Below, in pieces: positions 28,136-41,447 of a DNA stretch of 64,000 bases. The translations under genes and the position numbers were made by a program. Positions within the stretch are counted from its first letter, which is position 1, and the number at the start of each line of letters is the position of its first letter. A model generated the notes under the pieces. The model saw only the letters and a program-made list of their open reading frames with translations. It did no database searches and was not told the origin of the DNA. The stretch is from Octopus vulgaris (lineage: Eukaryota): assembly GCA_951406725.2 (NCBI GenBank), contig OX597819.1, positions 24,552,001-24,616,000 on the forward strand, in the 5' to 3' direction.

Positions 28136-28382
28136 GTGGTGTGTGTGTGTGAGATAGAGAGAGCTGGAGAGAGAGGGGGGATTAAGCCAGGTGAGACATG
28201 TCTGTGAACGCCAATGAAACACGATCTACCCGCGACTAGCCCGCTGATATATATATATATGTATATCGAAATTGCGAGGATGATCCGGTTCTTGACTGAA
28301 GATTAGAGGCTTCCGTTTTTTGTGTCGTCTATTTGAGTGTTTTGCGTTCTTGTCTCATTTTGTATTTTTATATATATTTTTT

Positions 28383-28439
<57 letters not shown>

Positions 28440-28456
28440 CCGAGTGAGAGAGGGAA

Positions 28457-28575
<119 letters not shown>

Positions 28576-29289
28576 CATTTAGTTTTCCAATTTTCAGAAA
28601 TAGTGCTTTTATGCCTATATTATACATAGTCTGTTTCATTTTTTAAAAAAGCCCGTGTGATGACGATTTGGCTGCTATTTCTAGCAGGTGCGGCAGCGAC
28701 GTAGAACTTCCTAAGTACTAGAGTATTCAAGAGTACTGTATTGTATATGCTTATGGAATTATATGCTCCCGTTTATACGCGCGCGTGTATGTGTGTGTGT
28801 GTGTACGTGTGTGTGTGTGTGTGCATACGCGGCATGTGTGTTGATGTTTCTGTGTGAACGATATACTTATATTGTTTCCAGTGCAGTCACACATAGACAT
28901 ACACAGACCAACGGCAACATACTCACACATACTCAAATATACTCACTCACACACACACATACATTTCTTCGTTATGTTTTGAACCAATTCTTTCGGTTCG
29001 TTAACTAACAGATTTCCCACACTTTTTTCTCTTATACTTACAGACGAGAAATGTTCTATTGACTGGCCGTCTCTCACTTTTCCAGATGTTTTGTTTCCAT
29101 TTCTATCTTTTCCTTAAATTTCTTTCTTTCTGTCTTATACAGTCTTCAAGGATATTTGGCTATTATTTCTGCATCACACGTTCCAAAATATGGGTTTTTT
29201 CTTTTCGGTTTTATCTTCTTTCACTAAAGAGAGGCCGACTTGGCCTTGACACAGCGTCGTTCAGACGGTTTCCGGCGGTGACCTATAGG

Positions 29290-29800
29290 TATGCATGCAT
29301 GTATGTATGTATGTATGTATGTATGTATGTATGTATGTATGTATGTATGTATGTATGTATGTATGTATGTATGCATGTATGTATGTATGTATGTATGTAT
29401 ATACGTATGTACGTATGTATATATGTATGTATGGGTGTATGGATGTATGCATGTATATACGTATGTATGTATGTATGTATGTATGTACGCATGTATATAT
29501 GTATGTATGGATATATGTATGTATGCATGTATGTATGTATGTATGTATGTATATACGTATGTATGTATGTATGTATGTATGTATGTATGTATGTATGTAT
29601 GTATGTATGTATGTATGTATGTATGTACGTATGTATATATGTATGTATGGATATATAGATGTATGCCTGTATGTATGTATGTATGGATATATGGATGGAT
29701 GCATGTATGTATGGATGGATTGATGGATGTGTGTGTATGCATGTATTATGCATGCATGTACGTATACATATGTATATATATATATACGTATATGTATATA
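29290..29800. repeat. Degenerate (TATG)n microsatellite
   Basis: Direct reading. Confidence 0.95.
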
Positions 29801-29922
29801 TCACCGTGATCACCGTGACTGACCAGGCTATCAGATGTTGCTACACATCGCTGGTCACAATATGCTTCGCATTGCTTTAGCCTTGAAATGACGCCACCCC
29901 GCTGGCTAAGCGAGCAGGCCAA
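29801..29922 (-). mobile_element. Probable SINE/LINE 3'-tail fragment
   Basis: GC-balanced insert TCACCGTGATCACCGTGAC..GCGAGCAGGCCAA between microsatellites; family not confirmed within the window. Confidence 0.4.
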
Positions 29923-29926
29923 TATG

Positions 29927-30007
<81 letters not shown>

Positions 30008-30010
<3 letters not shown>

Positions 30011-30206
30011 ATCCAAACAAGAAAACACAAAAAACACAGCAACGCGAGGACGTGGAACAAATAAAGTATTATTGGACGCTCAGGAAAGAAGGGGAGGAGG
30101 GTTTAACGTTTCGAGCGGAGCTCTTCGTCGGAAACAAAGGAGAAGGAAAGATCCGGAGAAGAGAAGACAGAGGAAAAAAAATTGATGGCGGTGCTCACGA
30201 GGTCTC
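30008..30206 (-). mobile_element. Penelope-like pseudo-LTR with a minimal hammerhead
   Basis: Contains a hammerhead at 30101-30135; pyrimidine-rich 3' end runs into (TA)n; diverged sister copy at 54661-54875. Confidence 0.75.
30101..30135 (-). ncRNA. Minimal (dimer-type) type I hammerhead motif
   Basis: GTTT-CCGACGA-A-GAGC-TCC-GCTC-GAAAC-GTT-AAAC; stem I GTTT/AAAC; palindromic AACGTT stem III; U4C variant. Confidence 0.7.
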
Positions 30207-30224
30207 ACACACACACACACACAC

Positions 30225-30275
<51 letters not shown>

Positions 30276-30637
30276 TATAAATATATGTATATATATATAT
30301 GTATATATTTATGTATATATACGTAGGTATGTTTATATAATCTGTCTTTAAGCCGAGATATATATAGCTTTAAGCCAAACCGGTCAACGGAGAAACTTAT
30401 CTCGTCTTGGACATGATGTTGTATTTCAGTCTCGTTTCAATTTCAGACATACATATGACTCAAGTGGAATGACACTTAGTAAAAGAATTTTCATTATTTT
30501 ATTTTTCTTCCTTATCACTCTTTAGCTGAATTACACGAGTCAATAGAAGCCACATTAAAATTGAACCCAAAGCGTCTATAATTGACAAGTATAAAGAAGC
30601 GAGTGCATACGTAATCAATATTAGAGTTGCAGCATCT

Positions 30638-31203
30638 AAGGCGGTGAGCTGGCAAAATCGTTACCAAGGTAAAATACTCAGCGGCTTTTCGTCCCTCTTC
30701 ATGTTCCGAGTTCAAATTCCGCCTTTTATCTTTTCGGCGTCGATAAAATCTTTATATATAAAAGTCAAGTTGTGTGCTGTCTCCTACGATTTAGATTCCT
30801 AACTACTCCCACATTTTGCGGTGCAGTTTAACCAAAACCGGGTATCTTATAGTCGTGATTCATATCGAGCCCTTCTGGTTATTAGCGCGCGTCTACGATT
30901 TTTTAAAAAAATTACCATCATTTTTTTTTTCCATTTTAATGCATTTTTCGCTATTATATAAGGGAAGTAACTCTCTAAAAATGTCTACGATGAGTCAACG
31001 ATTTTTAAAAAAATTTACCATCATTTTTTTTCCATTTTTTATGCATTTTTTTGCTACTTTTTGGCTATAACTCTCTAAAAATGCTTATATAGTTATTTCC
31101 CTTACAAACCCGAGCAACGCTGGGCGATACTGCTAGTAAGTAATAATCGACTTATTACTTCCTCCCTCGAAATTGTTGGCTCTGTGCTAAAATTTGAAAC
31201 CAA
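30638..31203 (+). mobile_element. SINE A split by a Helitron
   Basis: ..GTCGATAAAA | insert | TAAGTA.. restores the SINE sequence. Confidence 0.75.
30749..31136 (+). mobile_element. Non-autonomous Helitron (family 1)
   Basis: 5' TC(TTTATATATAAAAG); 3' hairpin CCCGAGCAACGCTGGG plus terminal CTAG; A|T insertion; three copies in the window. Confidence 0.9.
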
Positions 31204-31564
31204 CATTAGAGGTGCATATACCCTCTTTTTATCACTGATTCATTCATCACGGATAACAGCCGAGATAACATTACACGCTAATTGTTACCCGTGTCACGTT
31301 TATCGCGAATTGATCTGTGATAACACGAGTCGGTGATCGATTAAGGATTCGCCTTCGACTGTAAAAGCCCGCTCCAGCGATCTATCTGCAATGCTCAAGA
31401 CAGCCTGAGATCTCAGAACAAAACTTTCTTTTCTTCATATGTTCTATAATTCATTTATTAATAATATGGAATCATTAACCATTGTTTTTCTTGTTGTGTA
31501 GATTTTGTAACCCAACATCCGCGAGAAACGCTGCGAGATGTACTTACAATATTATTAATTGATA

Positions 31565-31777
31565 GGGCGACGAGCTGGCAGAAACGTTAGCATGCCGGGC
31601 GAAATGCGTAGCCATAGTTCGCCCGTCTTTACGTTCTGAGTTCAAATTCCGCCTAGGTCGACTTTGCCTTTCATCCTTTCGGGGTCGATAAATTAACTAC
31701 CAGTTACGTACTGGGGTCGATGTAATCGACTTAATCTGTTTGTCTGTCCTTGTTTGCCCTCTCTGTGTTTAGCCCCT
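31565..31777 (+). mobile_element. Young SINE family A
   Basis: Near-consensus head and body. Confidence 0.88.
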
Positions 31778-32109
31778 CGTTTTGATAGAAATACATTCGC
31801 AGCATTCTACTAAAAAATAGAGTCTGATGAAGTGCTATGAGTTGTATATATTTTCAGGTATTTTGGCAGTTATGATTAATGCATATTGTGACCGAAGTGC
31901 AATCGGCTGCTTGATATACAATTTGTAATTGCAAGGAAGTGCATTCGCAATAAATACCTAAAGAAGTGTAACGTCACGTAGACGTGCTTTCAACTGTGTT
32001 TAGTTTACGGTATTTTGGCTGTTACAAATAAAGTGTAAGGTTCCACATGTATTACACACGTGCGTGCGGTCGTACACGCATACACGCACACACACACACA
32101 CACACAGAT

Positions 32110-32145
<36 letters not shown>

Positions 32146-32161
32146 GCATATATATATATAT

Positions 32162-32409
32162 ATAGAATGGTTGTATACTGTCAATCTAACATGAACGTGA
32201 CGGTAGGGGGGTACACCACCGCTGTTTAGCCCTAGGAAGCATCGACGTCTCCTGATGGCTTTGACACATTTTTCATGTCCTTATATACATAGGAAAAATG
32301 TGTGTGTCAAAGCCATCAGGAGGCATCGATGCTTCCTAGGGCTAAACAGCGATGGTGTACCCCACTACTGTCACGTTCATGTTAGATTGACAGTATACAA
32401 CCATTCTAT
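32162..32409. repeat. Fold-back inverted repeat (~112-bp arms, ~18-nt loop) between TA tracts
   Basis: ATAGAATGGTTGTATACTGTCAATC... / ...GATTGACAGTATACAACCATTCTAT. Confidence 0.93.
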
Positions 32410-32738
32410 CACCCCTACACCGCACGAGAGATTTAGAAATTTATATATATATATATATAAATTCGTTTTCTTTGGTGGAACTCGTAGTAGATATAGTAAT
32501 AAGCAATAGCATGCAAGTACTGGGTTGCAGAACCTACGAAACTTTAAGTTTAAGTTGAATGGGGCTGAAACAAGCTGTTTTAAATAATACTATATGTAAC
32601 TTATATTAAGTGCCTCTCTCTTTCGTTTGTCCACTCACCCGTATATACGTATATATATATACTGATTGTTTAACATTTTTCGCTATGTAATTTATGTTTG
32701 TCTGAGTATCTATGTGTTTATATATATACATACATACA

Positions 32739-32771
<33 letters not shown>

Positions 32772-32772
<1 letters not shown>

Positions 32773-33152
32773 GGCGCAGGAGTGGCTGTGTGGTAAGTAG
32801 CTGAACCCTTACATGGTTCCGGGTTCAGTCCCACTGCGTGGCATCTTGGGCAAGTGTCTTCTGCTATAGCCCCGGGCCGACCAATGTCCGGAAACTGAAA
32901 GAAGCCTGTCGTATGTATATATATATATATGTGTGTGTGTATGTGTGTGTGTATGTGTGTGTGTTTGTGTGTCTGTGTTTGTCCCCCTAGCATTGCTTGA
33001 CAACCGATGCTAGTGTGCTTACGTCCCCGTCACTTAGCGGTTCGGCAAAAAGACCGAAAGAATAAGTACTGGGCTTACAAAGAATAAGTCCCGGAGTCGA
33101 TTTTCTCGACTAAAGGCGGTGCTCCAGCATGACTGAAACAAGTAAAAGAGTA
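32772..33152 (+). mobile_element. SINE family B
   Basis: Head, internal TA/TG tract and tail, with small deletions. Confidence 0.88.
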
Positions 33153-33189
33153 AATACATGCGTACATACATGTATACATACATAGAGGC

Positions 33190-33362
33190 TTATACCCATA
33201 ATTATTGGGATCCTGGGATATGTAACATACTACTTAATTACCAAACTTGAGGAATTAGGCTTCCCAAAAACAAAAAGTAGAAAGCTAATTCGAAGACAAC
33301 AGATCCAATCCATCACTGGAACTCTAAAAATCTGTAAAACTTCCCAAAAGTTTATCATTGAA
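33190..33362 (+). mobile_element. 3'-terminal fragment of an R4-clade (RLE) LINE
   Basis: Translates LIPIIIGILGYV..KLEELGF..QIQSITGTLKICKT; flanked by TACA repeats. Confidence 0.65.
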
Positions 33363-34271
33363 CATGTCTATATAAGAAACTACATACATGAGAATACATA
33401 CACATCTGCACATACATACATGCATACATATACATACAGGCATACATATATATATATAAATATATATATAAGTATATTATGTATTTATGTATGCATATAT
33501 GTATGTACATACATATACCTGAGTGTATGAGTGTTTGTTTGTCTGTGCATGCATTTAAATGTGTTTCTGTATGCGACTGTGTCTCTCACTCAGCGTTGTA
33601 TGTCGTTGCCCATTCTTGTGCTTATTTGCAGAAGCAGGCAACTGTATATCTATTACAAATATTCAATGCCAACACCATCCTCTGCGCATGTATATGTGTG
33701 TCTATGCGTAAGTGATTATGTATCAAGTGTGTATGAGTGTATTTGTTCGAAGGCTCGTATGAGCAAACGTGTGATAATACAAAAAAAAAAAGACCCCCGC
33801 AAAATACGTGTATGCACATGGATGTGAATGTGTTTTGCATATGCACGTGTTTCTGCATGTGTGTGCGTTTGTGAGTGGGTATGCGTATTTCTGTGTGAGC
33901 GTGTGTCCGTATGTGTGAGTTCATGCACGTGTGTTCTGTGTATGTGTATATTTGCACGCATACGTATATGCATGTATATATATATATATATGTGTGTGTA
34001 TGCGCATTTGTGCACATACTTATATGCATGTATGTATATATGTGTGTGCGTGCTTGTGCGCGTACTTATATGCATGTATGCATATATGTGCGCGCGTGTT
34101 AGTGCGTCTATATACATATCTGTATGTATGCATGTATGTTGTATGTATGAATGCGGGTATGTGTTTATCTAAGTTTATGAGTATTCTTGTAATCTGTGTG
34201 TGAATGTATGAGTGTTTGTACGTGTGTATGTGTGCGTGTACGCACGCATATGTTTGTGTGTGTGTGTGTGT

Positions 34272-34339
<68 letters not shown>

Positions 34340-34836
34340 CACCGTAGCCAGCTGCTAACGGCTCACTTCACATACACAACGGAGTCAAGTCTGTGACATC
34401 CATTTTCTCGGTCGCCTCTCTTTTACAGACTGCCGAATCTCACCACCCTAACCCAACTTCATTTTTCCTTACAAGTGATGATTTGAGTCCCCCACCTCTC
34501 TCTTTTTTTTTTCTTTTCTTTCTCCAATTTAGCTGGGCTGTACACTCATTACACACACAGTGTAAAAGCCCCTGCTGACTGGCGTTCGCTCTGTTAGAAA
34601 TGTCAAAAGGCTAACAATAATAGCGAGTACAACAAAATTACGATGAAGAACAACACAAAAGCAGCACTGACTACAAGAACTACAGCAACAACAACAACAA
34701 CAACAACAACAATAACAACAAAGACAACAGCAGTAAAATCATCATCAACAGCAGTAGCAGCAGCAACGATAACAACAACAGTGTTGATCCTAGTCTTGTA
34801 GTATATGCAACGATATATATATATATATAGATAAAG

Positions 34837-34890
<54 letters not shown>

Positions 34891-35060
34891 CCTGTAATTT
34901 TCGTTATCATGAAGTTATGTAAATTGTAGGTTTACGTATCAGACTTTAGACAGATAGACACACACACACACACACATATGTATAAAGATATTTATACATA
35001 TTTGCATACATACATACCTACATACATCTATATATATATATATATATACACATATATATG

Positions 35061-35171
<111 letters not shown>

Positions 35172-35948
35172 ATATATGTATATATACATAGCTTTTATCT
35201 TTTACTTGTTTCAGTAAATTGACTTCGGGCATGCTGGGTCACCGCCTTGAAGAATTTTTGTCGGACGAGAGGCGACTCCAATACTAATTGCATCTCTCTA
35301 ATTTTTTCTTTTTTTTTTTTTTTTTATTTTTTTTTTTTACTTTAAGCTTGGCACTGAAACTATCGGTCTCTTATTCATCTGCTTTCGTCTACGAAATCCA
35401 CTTACAAGCATTTTGGTCGTCTCCTGGTAATAGCAGTTGAAGACACTTGCCAAAAGTATCACACAGTGGGACTGAACCCGGAACCATGCGAATACGAAAA
35501 AAAAAATCTACTTACTATAGAGCCATGCCTGCACCTCCACACACACACACACACACATATTTGCCATATGATGCACGTACATTTTCGTATATGATAGATG
35601 CGTACATATACGCATTTAATTGTTTTTTTTTTATTTTGTTAAATCTAATTAATAAAACAACTACTTCATTATTTTAATTCAGTCTGTAATTGAATTTCTT
35701 ACAATTTATTTTGACAGATTTTAAAAGAAAGATTGTAAAATCTCTAATTACACTAACCAACACACACACACAAAGGAGTAAAAAGCATGAATATTATTGG
35801 CATTTTAATTCAAATTTAGTGGAAATGAATCGGATATACGTTCATATTTTTATCCTTAATTCTTTAGAAAAATGTTCCTAGCTAAAAGCCTCTTGTTAAA
35901 TTTAAATTTTAAAAATTTGTGTGTGTATGTGTGGTTGGTTAAATATAT

Positions 35949-36180
35949 ATTTCTTTACTACCCACAAGGGGCTAAACATAAAGGGTACAAACAAGGACAG
36001 ACAAACGGATTAAGTCGATTACATCGACCCCAGTGCGTAACTGGTACTCAATTTATCGACCCCGAAAGGATGAAAGGTAAAGTTGACCTCGGCGGAATTT
36101 GAACTCAGAACGTAACGGCAGACGAAATACGGCTACGCATTTCGCCCGGCGGGCTAACGTTTCTGCCAGCTCGCCGCCTT
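35949..36180 (-). mobile_element. Young SINE family A
   Basis: Full length; TSD TGGTTGGTTAAATATAT. Confidence 0.92.
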
Positions 36181-36400
36181 CTGGTTGGTTAAATATATTT
36201 AAAGATGTTTGCTATCATGATTGGTTTGCAAACAACAAATTTTTGTATATTATATAACTCTAACTTCTGAAAAAAAAAAGAACGACTTTGAATCAGCAAC
36301 TTCTTTATCTTCTGCTTGTTTCAGTCATTTTGACTGCGACCATTCTGGGGCACCGCAATGAAGGGTTTTAGTCAAACAAATCGATCCTAGAATTTTATTC

Positions 36401-36815
36401 GGATCTTTTCGGTTTGAACGGCAGTTTTTTCTAGCGGTGTCATATGAAATTGTCACCCATAATTATGACCCTAGTATCGATCTATTGCATTTCAATCTAT
36501 TTTAGGGTTAGGGTTAGGGTTAGAGGGAAGGGTATCTTTTTTTCTTCACAAATGTAAATAAACGCAATCTGTTTCTTAAACGAGGGACATATTCATACGG
36601 CATAGAATGTTTTTTACCTCAATAGTGTCAGTGATTGGTTGAAATTGCAGAAATTGAAGAAAAGAAACAACAAATATCTTACAAACTATAGAATTTTCTC
36701 AATAAAGCCAAGAGAAAAAGATGTTTCATAAACATATTCTACCAGTATACGAAGTTTAAAATATTTTAGTTACCTAGAAATTATGTTAAAACTGCCGTTC
36801 AAACCGAAAAGATCC
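36401..36815. mobile_element. MITE with perfect 28-bp TIRs and 8-bp TSD
   Basis: TIR GGATCTTTTCGGTTTGAACGGCAGTTTT; TSD TTTTATTC (36393-36400, 36816-36823); internal (TTAGGG)3. Confidence 0.92.
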
Positions 36816-37061
36816 TTTTATTCTTTCCGTCTCTTTTGCCGAACGGGGATGTAAAGACACCATCACCAATAGTCAAGCGCTGAGGATGGGGGGGGGGGTT
36901 AAAACACACACATACGTACACCATAGGTTTCTTTCATTTTCCGTCTACCAAATCCACTCGCAAGGCTTTGGTGGGCCCGAGGCTATAGTAGAAGACACTT
37001 GCCCAAAGTGCCACACAGTGGGACTGAACCCAGAACCATGTGGTTGGGAAGCAAGCTTCTT

Positions 37062-37193
37062 TTATTCATTACATTGGTCATAAAGGCCTTACATAGAAAG
37101 GAAGCAACGGGTTGGACACACAGATAATGATATAAATGACAAATGAAATGGTGAAAAATGAGGGCAACAAGCAACGGGTGCCGATTACTGTAA
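37062..37193 (-). mobile_element. Short retroposed insert (L1/Tx1-like 3' tail)
   Basis: 14-bp TSD GAAGCAAGCTTCTT (37048-37061, 37194-37207); minus strand ends ..GACCAATGTAATGAATAAA. Confidence 0.65.
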
Positions 37194-37554
37194 GAAGCAA
37201 GCTTCTTACCAGACAGCCACGCCAGCGCCTATAAAAAAATATCATTAATTTACTAGAGAAGACTACTTGATTTATTCATTTTCTTTTTACATTTGTCCGT
37301 GGCCCACTTGTCTGTCTATACAAATAATTCCCGCGAATCTTTCTAAACATTTCTGTACTGCACATACCGCCCTTAACTTCCATTTCTATTGTCAAAACTA
37401 AACAAGTTGTTACAGAAAAGGCTATGTAATAATGGTAAAGGTAAAAGGTAAAGACCCCCTTCGGTCTTGCTTAATCAAACTGACTGCATTTTCTTTAGAT
37501 GCGATTCATTCAAAATGTGTGATAGATTTCGGTGAAAATGTTTTTGATTGGTGT

Positions 37555-37960
37555 GGCAGCGAGCTGTCAGAACCGGCTGGGCGAAATGCGTTGCCGTGTT
37601 TCGTCTGCCGTCACGTCCCGAGTTCAAATTCCGCCGAGGTCGACTTTACCTTTCATCCTTTCGGGGTCGATAAATTAACTACCAGTTACGCACTGGGGTC
37701 GATGTAATCGACTTAATCAGTTTTTCTGTCCTTGTTTGTCCCCTCTGTGTTTAGCCCCTTGTGGGTAGTAAAGAAATATAATCGTTAGCACACCGATAAA
37801 GAAAAAAGTTTAGTGGCATTTCATCTGGCTTTTTCGGCATTTCGCCCAGGTCAGCTTTTGCCTTTCATCCTTTCAAGGTCGATTAAGTAAGTACTAGTTG
37901 AACATTGGGGTCGATGTAATCAACCGAAATTGCTGGCCTTGTACCAAAATTTGAAACCAA
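37555..37960 (+). mobile_element. Nested SINE A copies
   Basis: Young body with GAAATA tail, followed by the remainder of an older A copy. Confidence 0.75.
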
Positions 37961-38969
37961 AATTTATGATTGATAAAATGGGAGAAAACGTTCGGTACTT
38001 ATTTTTATTCAATTTTCTTTTTTTTTTTTTCTGGTTTAGATTCGAATAAATACACGTCATACAGCGTGGGTTACGTAGAGAATGTTAAGGTCACCCACAA
38101 AAGCATTCGGAAATTGCTAGGTGTAGCATTTTAGGGAATGTAACGGCTTAACCAAAGTATTGTTCGCTAATAAAGTCGGTGCGGAAGTTATGGGATGTGG
38201 GCTGGTTCTATTGTGAAAGATGCTCGTATTAAAATAATGGGAATAAGATTGCGTTCATGTGGGTTCGCCATCTGTATTTGTTCTGACTTTTTTATGTCCT
38301 AAGCTCAAGTTCTACCTACGGGGTGCGGAGCTTATTGAAACAGATAGTCACATTGGGAATGTGAATAAAATTACGTTCATATGGGTATGTCTACTGTAAA
38401 ATTTATGTAGGTGTATCAGCGTTTACATGTCTGAGCGCGTGTTAACATATATACTTTTGTTCTTTTACTTATTTCGGTCATTACCAAACTGCAATGATAG
38501 GGGAGACCCCGCCTAAAGAATTTAGTCAATCAAATCGACTTCAGCATTCACTCATTTTATTTATTTATTTACTTATTTATTTACTTGCTTGTTTGTTCTT
38601 AAAGTCTGGTATTTATTATATCAGTTTATTGTACCGAAACGCTTGGTGGCGAGGACAGAAACAACCCGGTATCAATTTTCAAGCGATGCGAGACGGACCC
38701 AAGCTCAAGCACAAACATACATTCACACAACACATGCACCAACGCTCACAAACACGCAAACACACATGCACACACGTACACACACACACACACACACCCG
38801 AGCGCGTGCACACACGCGCACACATACATAATGAGTAGCATCCGTCGTTTCTGTCTACCAAATTCACTCACAAGGCTTTGGTCGGCGCTGACTATAACCG
38901 GCAAGTATTTGTTCAAGGAGGCATACTATGGGATTGAACTGGAAAGGACGTGGTTGTAAAACACACAAT

Positions 38970-39047
<78 letters not shown>

Positions 39048-39404
39048 CGTGCGTGCGTGTGTGTGTGCAACTAATTAAGAACGCTTCGCAATCACTGGGT
39101 CCCGTTTTAAGTCCCAGTGTGTGGAATCTTGAGCAAGTGTGTTTCACAAAGACCTCAGATCGTTGCAAGCTTGGTTAGGGAAAGTTGATAGATGGAAACT
39201 GTGTGGAAGCCCGTCAGATGAATTGTATCTATAATTTTAAAGTATAACCTGATGGACTTGCTTTCGGATTCAGACCCGTTGTGTGGTGCCTTGAACGAGT
39301 ACTTGCCATCTATAATCAAATCTATTTACTTTATCTACGTGTCGAATATGGTCAGATGTATGTATAAATGTTTATATGATACTGTAAAATTAAATATGTA
39401 AGTA

Positions 39405-39960
39405 AGGCAGAATGATTAGAATGCTGGACAAGATATTTAGCGGCATTGCTTATTCCAATGTGGTCGACTTTGTCTTTCATTCCTTTCTGGGTCGATAAAA
39501 TAAATACCAGTTGAGGATCAGTTGGAATAAAATAAATACCAGTTGGGATCGATGTAATTGACAAGCACCTCCCTCAAAATTTCAGGTCTTGTGTCAATAG
39601 AAAAAAATTATTATAAAGGTGACGCGCTGGCAGAATCGTGTTCCGAGTTCGAATCCCGTCGAGGTCGACTTTGCTTAGGAGTCGATGAAATAAGAACTAG
39701 TTAAGTACTGGAGTCGATGTAATCAACTTAGCACCCCCACTCCCAAAAGACGGCTAGCCCCCTCTCCTACCAAAAGGGCTTGAAATTTTGGGGAAGGGTT
39801 ATTCGATTACATCGACTCCACTAGGCAACTGGTGCTTATTTCATCGACCCCGAAAAGCAAAGCCGACCACGGAATAATTTGAACTCGGAACATAAAGACG
39901 GACAAAATGCTGCTAAGCATTTTACCCGGCGTGCTAACGACTCTGTTAGCTCACCGCCTT
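39405..39960. mobile_element. Three diverged SINE A copies (two plus, one minus)
   Basis: GGTCGACTTTG / GTCGATAAAATAA motifs; minus-strand head CTCACCGCCTT. Confidence 0.7.
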
Positions 39961-40320
39961 ATGGTCTTGTACCTATAACAGAAATCTTATTCATATGCCA
40001 GAGATTGTACGCATGCGTATTTGTACATGAATGTGTATGCGTGCGTGTGCGTATATGTACGTGTGTGTCTGTGTTCGAGTGTCTCTATGAATGGAGGCGA
40101 ATGTATGTCAAGCTGGAGAAAGATTATCATCATTACCACCCCATATAATAACCAGCACAGCATCTGTGTCTCCGGGGACTTAAATAAATTAGCTAAAGCC
40201 CAAAACTGTCATCGGTGTGCCTGCTCTGACAACGACCAACTGTTTCAATTAGTTCCTAATTACATCGTTTGTGAGGATGTAAGGACCACCGGTCTTTTAA
40301 CATTTCATACGCAAGCCTGT

Positions 40321-40627
40321 GTGGAGGCACATGGCCTAGTGGTTATAGCAGCGGACTCACGGTCGAGGGATCGCGGGTTCGAATCTCAGACCGGACGATG
40401 TGCGTGTTTATGAGCGAAACACCTAAGCTCCACGCGGCTCAGGCAGAAGGTAATGGCAAACTTCTGCTGACTCTTTCGCCATAACTTACTCTCACTCTTT
40501 CCTCCTGCATCTTGCAGCTCACATGTGACAGGCCGGCGTCCCATCCAAGTGGGGAAAATATACGCCAAGGAAACCGGGAAACCGGCCCTAATGAGCCAGG
40601 CATGGCTTGAGAAGGAACAAACAACAA
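40321..40627 (+). mobile_element. tRNA-derived SINE sharing the family C 5' half but with a V-domain-like 3' half
   Basis: GGCGTCCCATCCAAGTGGGG..GGAAACCGGG..ATGAGCC; (AAC)n tail; TSD CAAGCCTGTG. Confidence 0.8.
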
Positions 40628-41447
40628 CAAGCCTGTGCTTTGCGCATGTGGTTAAAGAGGTTTGTTTTGCAACCATGTGGTTGCAGGTTCAGCCCCATAA
40701 TGCGGCACCTTGGACAAGCGTCTTCTACTATTGCTCCTGACAGGCAAATTCAATGTTTTGTGAGTGGATTTGGTAGGCAGCAACGGGATGAAGGTTCATC
40801 GTGCATCTATCGTGACTTCGACTCCTGTACAGAGCGGTTGCTCCGTGATCACTTTAACATCATGGTGTACCATACGTGTGGCACACCAAGCACCCATGTA
40901 GGCTTTACAAAATTATTATTGATTTGTAAAGCCTCGTACTTTATCGATCTCTTTTGCCGTACCACTAATTTACGATGACGTAAACACACCTAAAAACTGG
41001 GGTTGATTCGTTCAGTTAAAATTCTTCAAGTCGGTGTGTGTAACATTTTGTGTGTGTGTGCGCGTGTGGGGGATGTATGAGGGATAAAATGCGTATGTAA
41101 GAGAGTGTGTGTGAAAGTATGGTGAAGAGTAAGAGAGAGAGATAGAAAATGTTTTGAATAAGTCTCTGCATGTGTGCGCATGAGCGCATACGACCTTGTG
41201 TAAGTACGTATGTGAGAGCAGGCAAGAGAGTTAGGACATATTTGTGTGCGTGTGTAAAATGCACACGCTTGCGCGCTTAAATCGACGAATTTCAATGTAA
41301 ATACGACAGGATAAGACAGTTGTTGTAGTGATGTAGTTTAGCACCAGGTTGACTGTGATCCATCAGTCCTATAATTAAAGGCTTTCCAGTCTTGATTATC
41401 CCACTCTAATTCAGATACAGTTTATCTTGGGCTACATTAATCAATGC

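Larger units (their letters stand above)
36300..37231 (-). mobile_element. SINE family B interrupted by two insertions
   Basis: Tail CTTGTTTCAGTCA, body and head GCCAGCGCC are collinear around the MITE and the LINE-tail inserts. Confidence 0.8.

Noticed and set aside
28267-28380. CGAAA..CTGAAGA in a TA-flanked insert
   Set aside because: No consistent hammerhead stems; possibly a repeat fragment but unassignable
31824-31850. CTGATGA core
   Set aside because: No stem II or GAAA follows
36502-36523. True telomere or chromosome-fusion scar
   Set aside because: Only about three units and located inside a MITE
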